From NCBI GenBank assembly GCA_964016885.1, contig OZ024741.1:170562001-170626000 (forward strand): a DNA stretch of 64,000 nucleotides. Direction: 5' to 3'. The stretch is from Eledone cirrhosa. Its lineage: Eukaryota. The position numbers and the translations under genes were made by a program. The notes below the pieces were generated by a model that saw only the letters and a program-made list of their open reading frames with translations, was not told where the DNA came from and did no database searches. Shown piece after piece: positions 62,950-64,000 of the stretch (position 1 is the first letter of the stretch; the number at the start of each line of letters is the position of its first letter).

Positions 62950-63728
62950 TTTGTTTCTGCTAAATGAGGCGGCTTCCTGGGGGAAAACTTCCTAACGGAC
63001 CTGTTTGTCAAACGAGAGGGTGACTGATTGAAGAATAATTTCGTCGATGCTAGATGAATCAGTCATTCGGAGAAACACCAGTATATCAGACGACTGGCTT
63101 ATCATACGTCACCATTGAATATATATATATATTTCGTTTCTGAATTTGTTTAGCAAGATTCTTTATCTGAAATCGTGTGTTGAAACCGATATTGTTATAC
63201 TTTGGGAGGGTCATGTTGCCAAGAAGAAACACACGCACCAGTTCCTTTCACTTCAATTTATTATAATAAATTTATAAATTTCTGGTTGGTTGGTTGGTTC
63301 CACAACCAGATATTTGTTTATATATTGTCAAAGTTATTTCGTCACATATTCTGTGACCTCTTCAGTGACTGGGGATTCTTTTCTTTGTTTTTGTGCCTCT
63401 CCTTTGTTCTGTCCTACGCCATTTTGTTTCTGGTGCGTGTGTTTCTTATTGGCAACATGACCCTCCCAAAGTATAACAATATATATATATATATATATAT
63501 ATTCAATGGTGACGTATGATAATTTATTTCACGACTGGCTTAGCCGAAATAAATTATCACATATCACCATTGAATATATATATGTTCTGATATACTGGTG
63601 TTTCCCGAATGACAGATTCATCTAGCATCTACGTAATTATTCTTCAATCAGTCACCCTATCTTTTGACAAATAGGTTGGTTACGAAATTTTCCCTCAGGA
63701 ACCCGGCTCATTTAGCAGAAACAAATCA
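62950..63728. repeat. Nested fold-backs: outer arms 62950-63092/63585-63726, plus repeated segments at 63100-63122/63500-63575, enclosing a Naiad-type pseudo-LTR fold-back (63133-63480, minus)
   Basis: Reverse-complement matches read directly. The inner element encodes MTLPKYNNIGFNTRFQIKNLAK on the minus strand. Confidence 0.8.
63327..63369 (-). ncRNA. Hammerhead motif in the inner Naiad-type pseudo-LTR
   Basis: Reverse complement reads gtca CTGAAGA g gtcaca-gaata-tgtgac GAAA taac TT tgac. Confidence 0.65.
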
Positions 63729-63754
63729 TGTATATATATTTATATACATACAGT

Positions 63755-64000
63755 CATGGTGGCTGCCAACTCGTTTTCGAGTACGGCCACTACTTTATAT
63801 CCATATAGGAGAACCCCTACCGATGCGCTGAACGAATGTGACTTTTTAGTCCAGCCAGTGACTTAAAAACTCTGGTACAAACGCTACACCTGTGACAATT
63901 ATTGACACATAGTGCTGGGCCCATGGTACCATGTGACGACAAGTGCAGAGAGATCTCCAGATATAAAGCAATGCCTGTACCGTGAACCTTTTATAGTGAG
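63755..64000 (+). repeat. Unclassified dispersed repeat, copy of 27364-27610
   Basis: catggtggctgccaactcgttttcgagtacggccactactttatatcc... Confidence 0.8.

Overview
This is AT-rich, microsatellite-saturated animal genomic DNA. The SINE families, (TA)n load and repeat mix are most consistent with a coleoid cephalopod such as Octopus, which is an inference. No intact host gene is visible. The window is a mosaic of decayed mobile elements: about 25 tRNA-derived SINEs; RTE, CRE, L1/Tx1 and R4/Dong LINE relics; one near full-length Helitron with a disrupted Rep-Pif1 ORF; several non-autonomous Helitrons; and two MITEs. The dominant hidden structure is a dense set of Penelope-like elements (PLEs; Naiad-, Hydra- and Neptune-like) and their short derivatives. 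These sit in (TA)n tracts, are mostly fold-back (inverted-repeat) structures, and carry at least 15 intact or degenerate minimal type I hammerhead ribozyme (HHR) motifs, several present on both strands of one hairpin. One Naiad-type element has an in-frame TGA at the conserved Zn-finger Cys, a possible selenocysteine codon, but I found no SECIS by eye. An R4/Dong-like LINE is flanked by (TACA)n on both sides and split by a Helitron/PLE stack. All calls were made by eye and boundaries are approximate.
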